From an uncultured Candidatus Saccharibacteria bacterium (GTDB lineage: Bacteria; Patescibacteriota; JACMRA01), in assembly GCA_964434775.1 (NCBI GenBank), contig CAYSWH010000003.1, positions 1,877 through 65,876 of the forward strand: a DNA stretch of 64,000 nt, in the 5' to 3' direction. Of the stretch, positions 37,340 to 46,257 are shown piece after piece. The position numbers and the translations under genes are program-made. The notes under the pieces were generated by a model. It was not told where the DNA came from and searched no databases. It saw nothing but the letters and a program-made list of their open reading frames with translations. How positions within the stretch are numbered: the stretch's first letter is position 1; each line of letters opens with the position of its first letter.

Positions 37340-37636
37340 TTAACTCTTTTGAATATTGGGTAAACTTAAAAGATTATCCTCTTCAGTACCATTTTTTACA
37401 GTTTGTAAATATTTTGTTCCGCTTTCGGAAACTTTCATCTCGCACTTGGCTCCCACCTTGTTTTTGGGATTGTAGCTTTTATAAATGCGGTTTTTGGCAT
37501 ATTCCTGACTGAAAAAATCAAGTTTGGAATAATATTTACCAATGTCTGAAGGGATAAAGCTTACTCTATAACCTTGTATATCTTCTACAGAAGAGCAGTT
37601 TTCATCCTTTTTAATTCCGGTGGTGTACCTAGCCAT
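37340..37636 (-). CDS. Small hypothetical protein (98 aa), DUF3892-like C-terminus
   Basis: ...KYLQTVKNGTEEDNLLSLP resembles the DUF3892 C-terminal motif as I recall it. Weak assignment. Confidence 0.45.
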   Translation of the reverse strand: MARYTTGIKKDENCSSVEDIQGYRVSFIPSDIGKYYSKLDFFSQEYAKNRIYKSYNPKNKVGAKCEMKVSESGTKYLQTVKNGTEEDNLLSLPNIQKS

Positions 37637-37798
37637 AGTTCTTATAATTTTTATAATTTTTAGAAAGTTAAGTTACGAATATTTTTAGAAAGAAGGTGCA
37701 AAAGACGAGCCAAACAAACAAAGAATTTTAAGGGGGCATATATTTTATTAAATCGCATTTATAATTTGATAAACCGGTTGTAAAACTATCTTGCTTTT

Positions 37799-37857
37799 TT
37801 GTCAAGAGATTTTGTTGACAGTTTTGACATTGACAAGTTTGTAATTATCTGTAAATT
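37799..37857 (+). promoter_or_regulatory. Promoter/operator region with a TTGTCAA and three TTGACA hexamers
   Basis: TTGTCAA (37799..37805), then TTGACA at 37815, 37824 and 37830. TAAATT (37852..37857) lies 16 nt after the last hexamer, and the ATG is at 37880. Confidence 0.4.
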
Positions 37858-37879
37858 TAAAATCAGCTAAAAATTATTT

Positions 37880-38485
37880 ATGCACCAGATACAAAAAAAG
37901 TTGTTGGAATTTCTAAGTTTTCACAGTATTGAAGGCCTCAGTTTAAGAGAAATAGGTGAAGAAATCGGTGTTTATCATCCTCAAAAAGTTTTACATCATC
38001 TCAAGCAGCTGGAAAAAAAAGGACATATTCGAAAGGAAGAAAAAAATGATACTTACCTGGTTCTGCAGGATCCGGTGCAAGATATTGTTTATCTGCCTCT
38101 TTACGGACTAGCCAGGTGTGGGCATCAGGAACTGGTCGATGACGGCAATGTAGATAAAATGCCGGTTTCCAGCCTTATGTTTAACATCAAAAATCCTAAA
38201 GAGTTATTTTTGGTGAAAGCGGAAGGAAAGTCCATGTATCCCAAAATTGACGACGGTGATTTGGTAATTATTCGCAAGCAACCTCAACCTGATTACCAGG
38301 GACAAACTTGTTTGGTAGTTCACGATTCCATAGCCAAGATAAAAAACGTTATTCATAATTCAAGTAACCATGGATCGGCAGTTTTGCTTTCGATCAATTC
38401 AGATATCTTGCCGGAAGAAGTTAAATCCGATGAATTGACGGTTCACGGGGTAGTTAAATATATTATTTCCAGAAATAAATCATAA
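37880..38485 (+). CDS. LexA-like repressor (winged-helix N-domain plus S24 peptidase domain)
   Basis: The N-terminus is LSLREIGEEIGVYHPQKVLHHLKQLEKKGHI. The C-domain carries AEGKSMYPKIDDGDLVIIRKQ (Ser nucleophile) and VHDSIAKIKNV (Lys). Confidence 0.7.
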   Translation: MHQIQKKLLEFLSFHSIEGLSLREIGEEIGVYHPQKVLHHLKQLEKKGHIRKEEKNDTYLVLQDPVQDIVYLPLYGLARCGHQELVDDGNVDKMPVSSLMFNIKNPKELFLVKAEGKSMYPKIDDGDLVIIRKQPQPDYQGQTCLVVHDSIAKIKNVIHNSSNHGSAVLLSINSDILPEEVKSDELTVHGVVKYIISRNKS

Positions 38486-38504
38486 TTCCCTACCTACTTT
38501 AATG

Positions 38505-38790
38505 AATCCCCACAACGTGCTAGCCCCTGTTGGTATCAAACCCCAGAATAGCCACTGGACCCGAAACAGTGTTTTGCGGCCCTCTGCCGCAAGCGGCGAG
38601 GTATTTGATACGAATAAAGATTTTGTCCTGCTCTGCTTGTTTTCAAGTTGTATGCACTTTTCTACGAGAGGTTTAAAAAAACAAAGTAAAACTACCCTTC
38701 GTTCTGCAAAAAATCACTCCGTCCGAAGGCTCCTTGTGATGGCGAGTTCCATGAAGTTTCCGGTGATAGTTGGTTTTTGGGAAATTTTTA
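38505..38790. ncRNA. Candidate structured noncoding RNA (unclassified, strand unresolved)
   Basis: A GC-enriched block in an AT-rich spacer. An 8-bp closing helix (38533..38540 with 38604..38611) encloses the cactg/cagtg hairpin and the GCGGC/GCCGC/GCGGC triplet. The overlapping 104-aa track ORF has an implausible composition. Confidence 0.35.
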
Positions 38791-38846
38791 AGGCTTTAGA
38801 GAAAAGTTATGGTTAATTTGACAAAGTTGTGTATGTGTATTACGAT

Positions 38847-39113
38847 ATGTGTATGCCTTCGAAATTAGTTCGCAAACAGTTACTTTTGGATCCTGAAGAT
38901 CTCTTTTATGTAGAGCAAATAATCAAAAAACAATCCAAATACACTAGCCTTAGTCAATATGTTAGAGAACTTTTGAAAAAACAAATACAAGAAAATTCTC
39001 AACCCAAAAGTAATAGAAAACAAAAAATGCTAGACTTGGCAGGTAGTGTCTCTCCGGCTACAAACTCTCACCCTAATTCCGCCGCCAATCATAACGATAT
39101 TTATGACACTTAA
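38847..39113 (+). CDS. Putative antitoxin (ribbon-helix-helix-like)
   Basis: An 88-aa protein ending 1 nt before the PIN gene. The N-terminus KLVRKQLLLDPEDLFYVEQIIKK...SLSQYVRELL fits a strand-helix-helix pattern. Confidence 0.5.
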   Translation: MCMPSKLVRKQLLLDPEDLFYVEQIIKKQSKYTSLSQYVRELLKKQIQENSQPKSNRKQKMLDLAGSVSPATNSHPNSAANHNDIYDT

Positions 39114-39114
39114 T

Positions 39115-39510
39115 ATGTTAGTGCTTTTTGATACAGACTTTTTGTACAATTTTTTCTTTGCAAATCAAAGCAATCACTTTAAGTCAAAAGAGATTTTTAC
39201 TCAATATTTAAACTACGATTTTGTTATCTCAAGACCTGTGAGATACGAATTTTTGACTGTTATTTCCAACAAAGAAAATCAAGAAAAAGCAAAACAGGCC
39301 TATTCTAAATTAAACGAATTAGAACTGGAAATTTTGGAAATTACCCCGGAAATTGAAAATTTGGCTTTGGATATTTTTCTGACCAGTGATAAAAATAAAA
39401 TGTCCGTGGTTGACTGCCTAAATCTTGCCATTGCTCAAAAATTTAATTGCAAAATCGCTAGTTTTGATGCCTTTTATCCAAAAGAGTTTTTGTTGGCACT
39501 GCCCGCCTGA
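39115..39510 (+). CDS. vapC: PIN-domain toxin (VapC-like)
   Basis: MLVLFDTDFL (Asp), YEFLT (Glu), VVDCLNLAIA (Asp) and ASFDAF (Asp) form the acidic PIN quartet. The start was moved to the ATG at 39115. Confidence 0.7.
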   Translation: MLVLFDTDFLYNFFFANQSNHFKSKEIFTQYLNYDFVISRPVRYEFLTVISNKENQEKAKQAYSKLNELELEILEITPEIENLALDIFLTSDKNKMSVVDCLNLAIAQKFNCKIASFDAFYPKEFLLALPA

Positions 39511-39608
39511 CAGATCAAAAACTTACAAAAACTTCTAAAATTTACTACCAAAACAACTTCAAAATTGTCTTGGCTTGTCAAAAATTGCTTTTTATTCTTG
39601 ACTTAGGT

Positions 39609-39746
39609 ATGGAGGAATACATATTTTCACTTATCGGGGTTATAGGGATTATTGCAGCAATAATCTTTGCCTCTATTCTGTTCAAAGACTATTTAAAAAT
39701 CATTTTTCACAAAACAAAGAAGAAAGTAAAAAAGAAAAAAGATTAG
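39609..39746 (+). CDS. Possible 45-aa single-TM protein
   Basis: MEEYIFSLIGVIGIIAAIIFASILFKDYLKIIFHKTKKKVKKKKD has a hydrophobic helix and a Lys-rich tail. Below the track's length cut-off and without a good RBS. Confidence 0.3.
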   Translation: MEEYIFSLIGVIGIIAAIIFASILFKDYLKIIFHKTKKKVKKKKD

Positions 39747-39830
39747 AGTGGCTAGATTATCAGTATTAATTGCATGTCTTTGGTGATTTTTTAAGACTAC
39801 TGTTTTTTTGAATGTAACTTGTTTACGACA

Positions 39831-41291
39831 CTAAATCCATTCTACAAGCACTAGTCTATTAAACTGCTGGGATTCCGGATCGAAATATTCAATGTTAAAC
39901 TGAAGGTTTTCAAAGTCGACACTCAGCTTGGTTTCAAATTCGTCTTTTTTCCATTTAATGCAGAATTTGCTGGGTGATTCTCCATCCAGAATAAAGACTT
40001 TACCGTCAAAAGCGGGATAATTATTTCTAAATCTCATGATTTTAATCAACCGCTGAACAAAGGGTTGTTCAAATTTGTGGTCAATTTGAGACTCAACTAC
40101 ATTGTGTCTAATTAAAGAACGTCCCTCACCAGTCTCGTGATATAAATCTACATCATTTCTTTGAGCAATCAGGTCGTTATAATAAAGCTGGGGTATTCCC
40201 GGAGCAAAGAGAACAATAACTTGGGCCAGGAGCCAGGCATCTTGATCTCGAAAGAGAGCCTCATACAAAGTGGCGTTAATGGCGTCAGCGGCAAGATTAT
40301 TGGAGCCGACACCGGAGGCTTTGGCGGTACTTTCCCCGGCGTTGGCAAAAACTTTGTCTCTGGTAAAATTTGATTCTTCTTCATTGATGCATTCTCCTTC
40401 TCTACCCAAGCAAAAACCATCGTGGTTGGAAATTACGGCAATTTGCTTTCTGGGACACTCTCTCATCCAGTCTTTGAGGTAACTTGAGTTTTTTCTAAAA
40501 ATAGCATTCAAAATTAATTCCGGTAGGTTGAAATCATAGACCCAGCCACCCATTTCTACGATCTTGTTTTTGATATCCAAGGAACCGTGAATTTCGCAGA
40601 TCGCTTCCATACCGTTCTTTTTGATAGTATCGATCATCCACTGAATTACTTCGTAGACTTCAGGCACCATATGAAAACCTAATTCTTTGTCCTTGACGGT
40701 CGTTTCAATGGCGTCCAAACGAATTACTTTGACTCCCATTTGAGCATGATTTTGGATAAATTCTTCGATAAGTCTTCGAGTTAGGGGTGACTTAATATCC
40801 AGATCAGCCTGTTCCGGCATGAAAGTCTTCCAGTGGGTTTTAATCGTGCCGTCGGCAAAAGTGATGTTAATAAACGGAGGGATAGGCGTTAGATATCCCA
40901 GTCTGGCGATTTCTTCCAATTTTACATGTCCGTCGGGGTAAACTTTATTTAGAGGCAAGAAAAGATCAGCATACTGAGATTCGCCGTCTTTTTCCAGATA
41001 GTCTTGAAAGTACTTGGATTTGATGGAAATATGTCCGGCAATAATGTCGGCCATTACGTCGTAGTCCTTGGATATTTCTTGGATATCCTCCCAAGTACCA
41101 AACTCCTCAGCTACTTCCAGGTGAGTCAGCGGGCAAAAACCTCTATCCGCCGAAGAAGGATAAAACGGTAAAATGTGAACCGTCCCGACTGCTCTGGCCA
41201 AGTGTTTATCCAGAGTGCGTTTGAGTAATTTGAGATCACCGCCCAAACTGTCAGGATAGGTCATCAACTGGACCTTATTTTGTATACTCAT
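39831..41291 (-). CDS. GH13 sucrose-phosphorylase-family enzyme
   Basis: NKVQLMTYPDSLGGDL...VHILPFYPSSADRGFCP...WEDI and IRLDAI match the N-terminus and catalytic region of the sucrose/glucosylglycerate phosphorylase family. Confidence 0.72.
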   Translation of the reverse strand: MSIQNKVQLMTYPDSLGGDLKLLKRTLDKHLARAVGTVHILPFYPSSADRGFCPLTHLEVAEEFGTWEDIQEISKDYDVMADIIAGHISIKSKYFQDYLEKDGESQYADLFLPLNKVYPDGHVKLEEIARLGYLTPIPPFINITFADGTIKTHWKTFMPEQADLDIKSPLTRRLIEEFIQNHAQMGVKVIRLDAIETTVKDKELGFHMVPEVYEVIQWMIDTIKKNGMEAICEIHGSLDIKNKIVEMGGWVYDFNLPELILNAIFRKNSSYLKDWMRECPRKQIAVISNHDGFCLGREGECINEEESNFTRDKVFANAGESTAKASGVGSNNLAADAINATLYEALFRDQDAWLLAQVIVLFAPGIPQLYYNDLIAQRNDVDLYHETGEGRSLIRHNVVESQIDHKFEQPFVQRLIKIMRFRNNYPAFDGKVFILDGESPSKFCIKWKKDEFETKLSVDFENLQFNIEYFDPESQQFNRLVLVEWI

Positions 41292-41458
41292 ACCAAAAAG
41301 AATTAAAAAAATTGCCTCAAAAGCAAGATAGCCCGCATTTTCTCCGAATTTTCCGCAATTGTCAAGAAAAAGTTGATAGCATTGGGAAAATATATGCCGG
41401 CTTGTAAAAATGACAAAAATACTTTTTTGTGGTATTATTGAAGGGTCAATATTGTTAT

Positions 41459-42097
41459 ATGTTCCAAAATGGAGAAATTCTTACTCCTGATAGCCAAGAA
41501 AGAGCCAGGGCGGCTATTGATGATTTAATTGCAAGGGCAGAAAGAAGAAAAAGAGAAGGTAAATTAACTGAAAATTTAGCCAATGCTAATATTTCCCAGC
41601 TTGAAGAAATAAAGAGAAAAAATAGGCTAAAGAGAGAAGACATTAGAACTTTAAAAAGGATTGAGGAAGCCATAAATAGAGATCTACATAATCCGGTCTT
41701 GATTGAACCTGATTCCTTTGAAACTAAAGGCTCTGAAAGGAGGCAAAAGAAACGAGAAAGAACAGAACAAAAAATTGAAGACAACAAGTTGGAAGCCCGT
41801 CGAAGAAAAGCAGAAAGGAAGCGTAAAAGTGCGGAGGAGAAAAAGAATACTAGTAAAAAAGGCAAAGGTTGGTTGCAGAGGTATGGCACTGCTGCCGATA
41901 ATATTGGGAAAGTAGGTTCTTTTGGTCTTGGAGTCGCCGGATATTTGACTATGCCAAGTCACTTCTACACCGGACTTCCTTTTTTATTAGAAACAGGAGG
42001 AGCAGGACTACTTTTTTTGGGTTTATATATGGATGCTAAGTATGGCATAAAATGGTTGTTAAAAAATAATCTTACAAATACACGTTTTTTCTTCTAA
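41459..42097 (+). CDS. Hypothetical protein: K/R/E-rich coiled-coil region plus C-terminal TM hairpin
   Basis: Charged helical repeats (RKREGK..., RRQKKRERTEQKIEDNKLEARRRKAERKRK) and two C-terminal hydrophobic segments. The 3' end overlaps the convergent permease by 26 nt. Confidence 0.5.
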   Translation: MFQNGEILTPDSQERARAAIDDLIARAERRKREGKLTENLANANISQLEEIKRKNRLKREDIRTLKRIEEAINRDLHNPVLIEPDSFETKGSERRQKKRERTEQKIEDNKLEARRRKAERKRKSAEEKKNTSKKGKGWLQRYGTAADNIGKVGSFGLGVAGYLTMPSHFYTGLPFLLETGGAGLLFLGLYMDAKYGIKWLLKNNLTNTRFFF

Positions 42098-42881
42098 AGG
42101 CCAGCGTTCCTAGGGTTATTGTAATTAGGGTAAGGGTTAGAAGGATGGCTGTTTTGTTCCAGTCCAGAGCGAAGTCGTTAACCAGCTTGTCGGTATCAAG
42201 GTAGTAAAAAGGGGTTAGTTTGGGAAGCCAATCGGGGAAGCCGGCGAGGGAGGAAAGGCTGTTGATAAACCAGGAGGCTACGGCCAGGCCGGCACTTATA
42301 GAAAGGCCTTTCGATTTATCGAGTAAAATACCCAAGGTTTGTCCGAAGGCCAGAAAGAAGAGATGGAGAATGGTAGCTCCGATAAAAAGACTTAAGAAAA
42401 AGTCAGTGGAAATTTCTTCTTGGGAGGTTTGCAGGTTGAATCCGATAAAGCCCAAAGTTCCGATAAGGCCGGCAGAGATTGCGAGAAACAGAAAGCCAAC
42501 GAGGTACTGAGACAGAAAGAGGCTCATTCTGGAAGTTTGTTTGGTCATCAGGTCGGCGATGGTTTTGTTATGAATTTTTCCGGCAATTAAATTTGCTCCC
42601 AGATATGCTCCGTAAATCGAACCTATAAGCATAAAAAAGGTCAAAAATTGTCCACTGATAAAACTCTCGACTTGGGTTAGGTAAGTATCTTGGATATTAA
42701 AGGCCTGCTTCATTTCTTCGGGAAAGGAAGAGATTACTTTTTGAGTTTCTTCGGCATCTTCGGAGATAGAATCGTACGGATAAGCCAGAATCCAGGTCAT
42801 GGCAGACCAGCCAACAGTCCAGATCACAAGTCCGGTAAGTTTGGCTTTGAGTTCGTAGTAAATTAAGATTGGATTGGGCAT
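42072..42881 (-). CDS. ABC-2-type transporter permease
   Basis: 269 aa with 6 TM segments, downstream of an ABC ATPase on the same strand. Confidence 0.65.
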   Translation of the reverse strand: MPNPILIYYELKAKLTGLVIWTVGWSAMTWILAYPYDSISEDAEETQKVISSFPEEMKQAFNIQDTYLTQVESFISGQFLTFFMLIGSIYGAYLGANLIAGKIHNKTIADLMTKQTSRMSLFLSQYLVGFLFLAISAGLIGTLGFIGFNLQTSQEEISTDFFLSLFIGATILHLFFLAFGQTLGILLDKSKGLSISAGLAVASWFINSLSSLAGFPDWLPKLTPFYYLDTDKLVNDFALDWNKTAILLTLTLITITLGTLAFRRKNVYL

Positions 42882-42973
42882 ATTTAAATAATTTTTGCTT
42901 ACGGTTTGGTTTGGAATAATTTTTGTGTTTAATGTAAAATTAGATTGGTCTTATATTTTTATTTTTCAAGGTT

Positions 42974-43858
42974 TTATTTATATTCTTCGTAAAACATATC
43001 TTCCAGCCTTGGTTTTTCCAGGTAAAAATCGTGAATTTGGTTATCCATAAGATATCTTAAAAGCGGCAACCTTTCTTGAGTGTATAGAAGAGTTTCTTGT
43101 CCGCGGGTTTCAGTTTTTTCAGCCAGACCTTTGGCTTGGATCTTTTGAGAGTCCTCTTGATTTAGATTATTTACCCGAAATACTTTGAGAGCTTGATCCA
43201 GGATTTGACTTGTATTTCCTTCCAGAATTTTCTTACCTTTCTTGATCATTACAATCCGGTCACAAATTGCCTGGACTTCACTCAAAACATGAGAAGACAG
43301 GAAAACTGCTCCGTTTCTGGCCTTGACTTTTTCCAGTAGGTCCAAAAATCTTTGCTGCATTACCGGGTCCAGACCTGAAGTCGGTTCGTCCATAATGACT
43401 AACTTTGGATCATGCATCAGAGCATTGATTATGCCGGCTTTCTTTTTGTTGCCCGTACTCAAATCTTTAAACTTTTTATCCAGGTCTAATTCCAGAAAAT
43501 CAGCTAATTCTTGAATCTTGTCTTTGAGGTTTTTTTTCAGTAGGGATTGGTTTCTTGTAAGAGTTTGTCTGGAAGTAAAACCCGGCTCAAAACTTACTTC
43601 ACTAAGCATTACGCCGATTTCCGGCATCAAGTCTTGAATGTTATTGACACTGATTTCTTTTTGACCAAACAGATCAAAGCTCCCGGAAGTGGGAACGGTA
43701 AACCCTAGAACCATTGACATGGTAGTCGTTTTGCCGGCTCCGTTAGGACCCAAGAAACCCACTATCTCTCCTTCTCTAATTTCCAGGTCGATCTCAAAGG
43801 CCCCCTTATTATTTCCAAAATCCTTGGTTAGTTTGTTGAGTTTGAGGAAGGCGGTCAT
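42974..43858 (-). CDS. ABC transporter ATP-binding protein (ABC-2/DrrA-like)
   Basis: GPNGAGKTT, LSTGNKKKAGIINAL, VIMDEPTSGLD, SSH. Confidence 0.85.
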   Translation of the reverse strand: MTAFLKLNKLTKDFGNNKGAFEIDLEIREGEIVGFLGPNGAGKTTTMSMVLGFTVPTSGSFDLFGQKEISVNNIQDLMPEIGVMLSEVSFEPGFTSRQTLTRNQSLLKKNLKDKIQELADFLELDLDKKFKDLSTGNKKKAGIINALMHDPKLVIMDEPTSGLDPVMQQRFLDLLEKVKARNGAVFLSSHVLSEVQAICDRIVMIKKGKKILEGNTSQILDQALKVFRVNNLNQEDSQKIQAKGLAEKTETRGQETLLYTQERLPLLRYLMDNQIHDFYLEKPRLEDMFYEEYK

Positions 43859-44069
43859 AATCTATGTTTCTTAAAATTAAATTAGTCAGGTAAATTTTTT
43901 ATTGGCTTATGTCAAGTGTTGCCACTATCAGGATGGAAATAAAGAAAGAGGAATAAATTGGCTTAAAAGACCTAAAAATTTTTGACAAAAAAACTGTTTT
44001 TACGCTATTAATTATAAACAAGGAGATCACTCAATTACACTATTTTTAAACTAGACAAAAAATCTAATA

Positions 44070-45134
44070 GTGGGTGTAGAGTTCTCAGTCATAATTACAG
44101 CAAGAAACGAAGAAGAAGAAATTGGAGAGACGATTAGTAATCTCCTCCGATTTTTAAACCTTGAAAAAACTGAAATAGTCGTGGTTAACGATTGCAGTGA
44201 AGATAGAACAGGAAATATATTATCATCATTCAAAGATGAAATTAAGATTATAACAAATAACGAAGTAAAAGGTATTTCCAAATCCAGAAATCGAGCTATA
44301 TCTGAATCATTAGGTGGTTGTTTACTATTTTTGGACGCCCATATTAGAATAGAGAGTGATATAACGACTAAGTTTGAAAAGGTATATAAAAGATATCCTG
44401 AAGTTCTGATTGTTTCCGGAAATTATTTAGTAAATGATTCAACTGAAAACGATAAGGATATTTTGAGAGAAGTTGTTAGAAGAAATTATAGACACAAAGA
44501 AGAAAAAGGGTTCTTTATCACATATGATAAATTTACAACCTTGTCTTCCTGTATATTAGCAATAAAAAAGGAAGTTTTAGAACATTGTGCGTTTCCGGAA
44601 GAATACATTGGCTGTGCCGCAGAGGATACTTTTTTTCAGTTAGTTCTAATGGAAAAGGGTTTTAACATGTTTCATACATCTTCAATAACGATTAATCACA
44701 GAGCAGGCATAAGTACCCAGGACCTATTATTTAATAAGGCTATTACCCAATGTAAAGGATTTTATAGGTTAATTAGCGACTGTATAAATGAGAACGTTAA
44801 AATTCCGTATAGTCCATTTTATCTTGACTACCCTTTATTCATAAGCATATTCTTATTATCAGTACCTTTTTTAACAATCTTGGGTATAAATATTCGAGTT
44901 TTTGTAGTGCTTAGCACATTTTCTTTTCTTTTGGATTTTTTTCAATTGTACAAATTATTCTTGGACACAAAGATAAGTTTTAAGATTAAACTTGAGACCT
45001 TACTTTATATTATCTTTAACGAGTTAATAAAGATTGGGTATTTACCTATTTTTATAATAAAATATAAAACCAGTCCTTTAAAATTACTAACAATATTTAT
45101 AAAATGGAAAATTAATCAATTTGTTTATGTATAA
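44070..45134 (+). CDS. Glycosyltransferase family 2 with a C-terminal membrane domain
   Basis: FSVIITARNEEEEIGETISNL, VVNDCSEDRT, LFLDAH, then about four TM helices. Confidence 0.78.
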   Translation: MGVEFSVIITARNEEEEIGETISNLLRFLNLEKTEIVVVNDCSEDRTGNILSSFKDEIKIITNNEVKGISKSRNRAISESLGGCLLFLDAHIRIESDITTKFEKVYKRYPEVLIVSGNYLVNDSTENDKDILREVVRRNYRHKEEKGFFITYDKFTTLSSCILAIKKEVLEHCAFPEEYIGCAAEDTFFQLVLMEKGFNMFHTSSITINHRAGISTQDLLFNKAITQCKGFYRLISDCINENVKIPYSPFYLDYPLFISIFLLSVPFLTILGINIRVFVVLSTFSFLLDFFQLYKLFLDTKISFKIKLETLLYIIFNELIKIGYLPIFIIKYKTSPLKLLTIFIKWKINQFVYV

Positions 45135-46255
45135 TCTAGATATAAAAAACCCGGCTCATCTTAAAATGTTATTGCTTTCTGAAGGAATTAGACTAGACGA
45201 CAGCTTTTTTAAGTATTTTGATAATTCATACCAAGGAAGTCCATACCACTATTCAAAAGACAATAAGTTTGAGGGCAACTATCCTCATCATATGATTCTA
45301 CCACAGAATACTGTTTGTGCGATTAATCTTGACACCAATTCCCGTTTTACTCTGAAAGCCAATGAGGAAGAATTTTTTATTAACAAAGATAAAGAGAAAA
45401 TTACGGGTGTTAAATTTCCCAAGAAGTATAAATACCTTGATGAATCAATTGGTAAAGACGTATTGGTAAAAGATATTGGTTTTGTTACAACCCCTCACTC
45501 TTTGAACATTTTTATCGGTAAATCCTGCTTCTTTTTTCAGGTGGGGGAGCCGTGTAAGTTTTGTGGGTTCAACCCGACCCGGAGTAAAACCAAAGACAAA
45601 GATAATAAGCTAAGCTCCGAGAACTTAAAAAAACTTATCAACTTGATAAAAAAACATGACACCAAAATTAACCAGATATATTTTGTCGGTGCCACATATG
45701 AAGATTTTGATGAAGGTTATAGAGAAGTAATTGAATTAGTTGCTGCAGCAAAAGAAGTTGCTCCTGTTAACTGGGATGTTATTGTTACTAATTTCCCATG
45801 TAATAATTTTGACTTGATCAAAAGGCTAAAGGAAGCAGGTGCTTGATAGGTTGAGTTTTGCCATAGAAGTTGCAAATCCTGATCTATTTGAGAAATATTG
45901 TCCCGGAAAAAACTCTTATTATGGACACAAAGAATTTGTAGAAACAGCCATACGTGCTACAGAGCACTTTCCTAGGGCAGTTTACCTATCAATGATTCAA
46001 GGATTAGATGAAGAAAGTGAGTTAATTGATTTTATGTGGAAAATGACTGATTTTGGTATAACTCCGACAATGAATATTTATTATGACTCTCCTTACAGTG
46101 CAATGAGCGGAACCAAAAAAAGACCTTCGGTTGATTATTTATATTCCGTTACAAAAAATCACCAAGATATATTTGCCAAAACCAATATTAAACTCTTTAG
46201 TTATGGGGCAGACAGACATTGCCTTGATTGGGAGGCGTACAGACAAATGATCTGA
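45121..46255 (+). CDS. Radical-SAM-like TIM-barrel protein with a CX8CX2C motif; split into two overlapping frames as assembled
   Basis: 45121..45846 contains GKSCFFFQVGEPCKFCGF and ends ...RLKEAGA-TGA. 45839..46255 continues (V)LDRLSFAIEVANPDLFEKYCPGK..., the usual radical SAM 'LkeaGldrlsisiE' junction. Confidence 0.6.
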
Positions 46256-46257
46256 TC

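Noticed and set aside
38505-38790. Assigning the GC-rich block to SRP RNA, RNase P RNA, tmRNA or a cobalamin riboswitch
   Set aside because: There are superficial matches only (CUGUUGGU near the 5' end as in 4.5S RNA; GCCACUG as in the B12 box). The defining cores are absent on both strands: GGAA tetraloop with AGCAGC for SRP, GAGGAAAGUCC with ACAGAA for RNase P P4, and a tRNA-like TPsiC end with a tag ORF for tmRNA. The downstream genes are also unrelated to B12.
38502-38816. The 104-aa ORF as a protein-coding gene
   Set aside because: Its composition is implausible, it has no RBS or motif, and its GC pattern matches stem-forming segments rather than codon periodicity. It is treated as noncoding.
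36973-39510. Calling the LexA-like/TA region a prophage
   Set aside because: No integrase, terminase, capsid, tail or lysis gene was seen, and no att-like direct repeats were identified. Only 'accessory module or possible remnant' is supportable.
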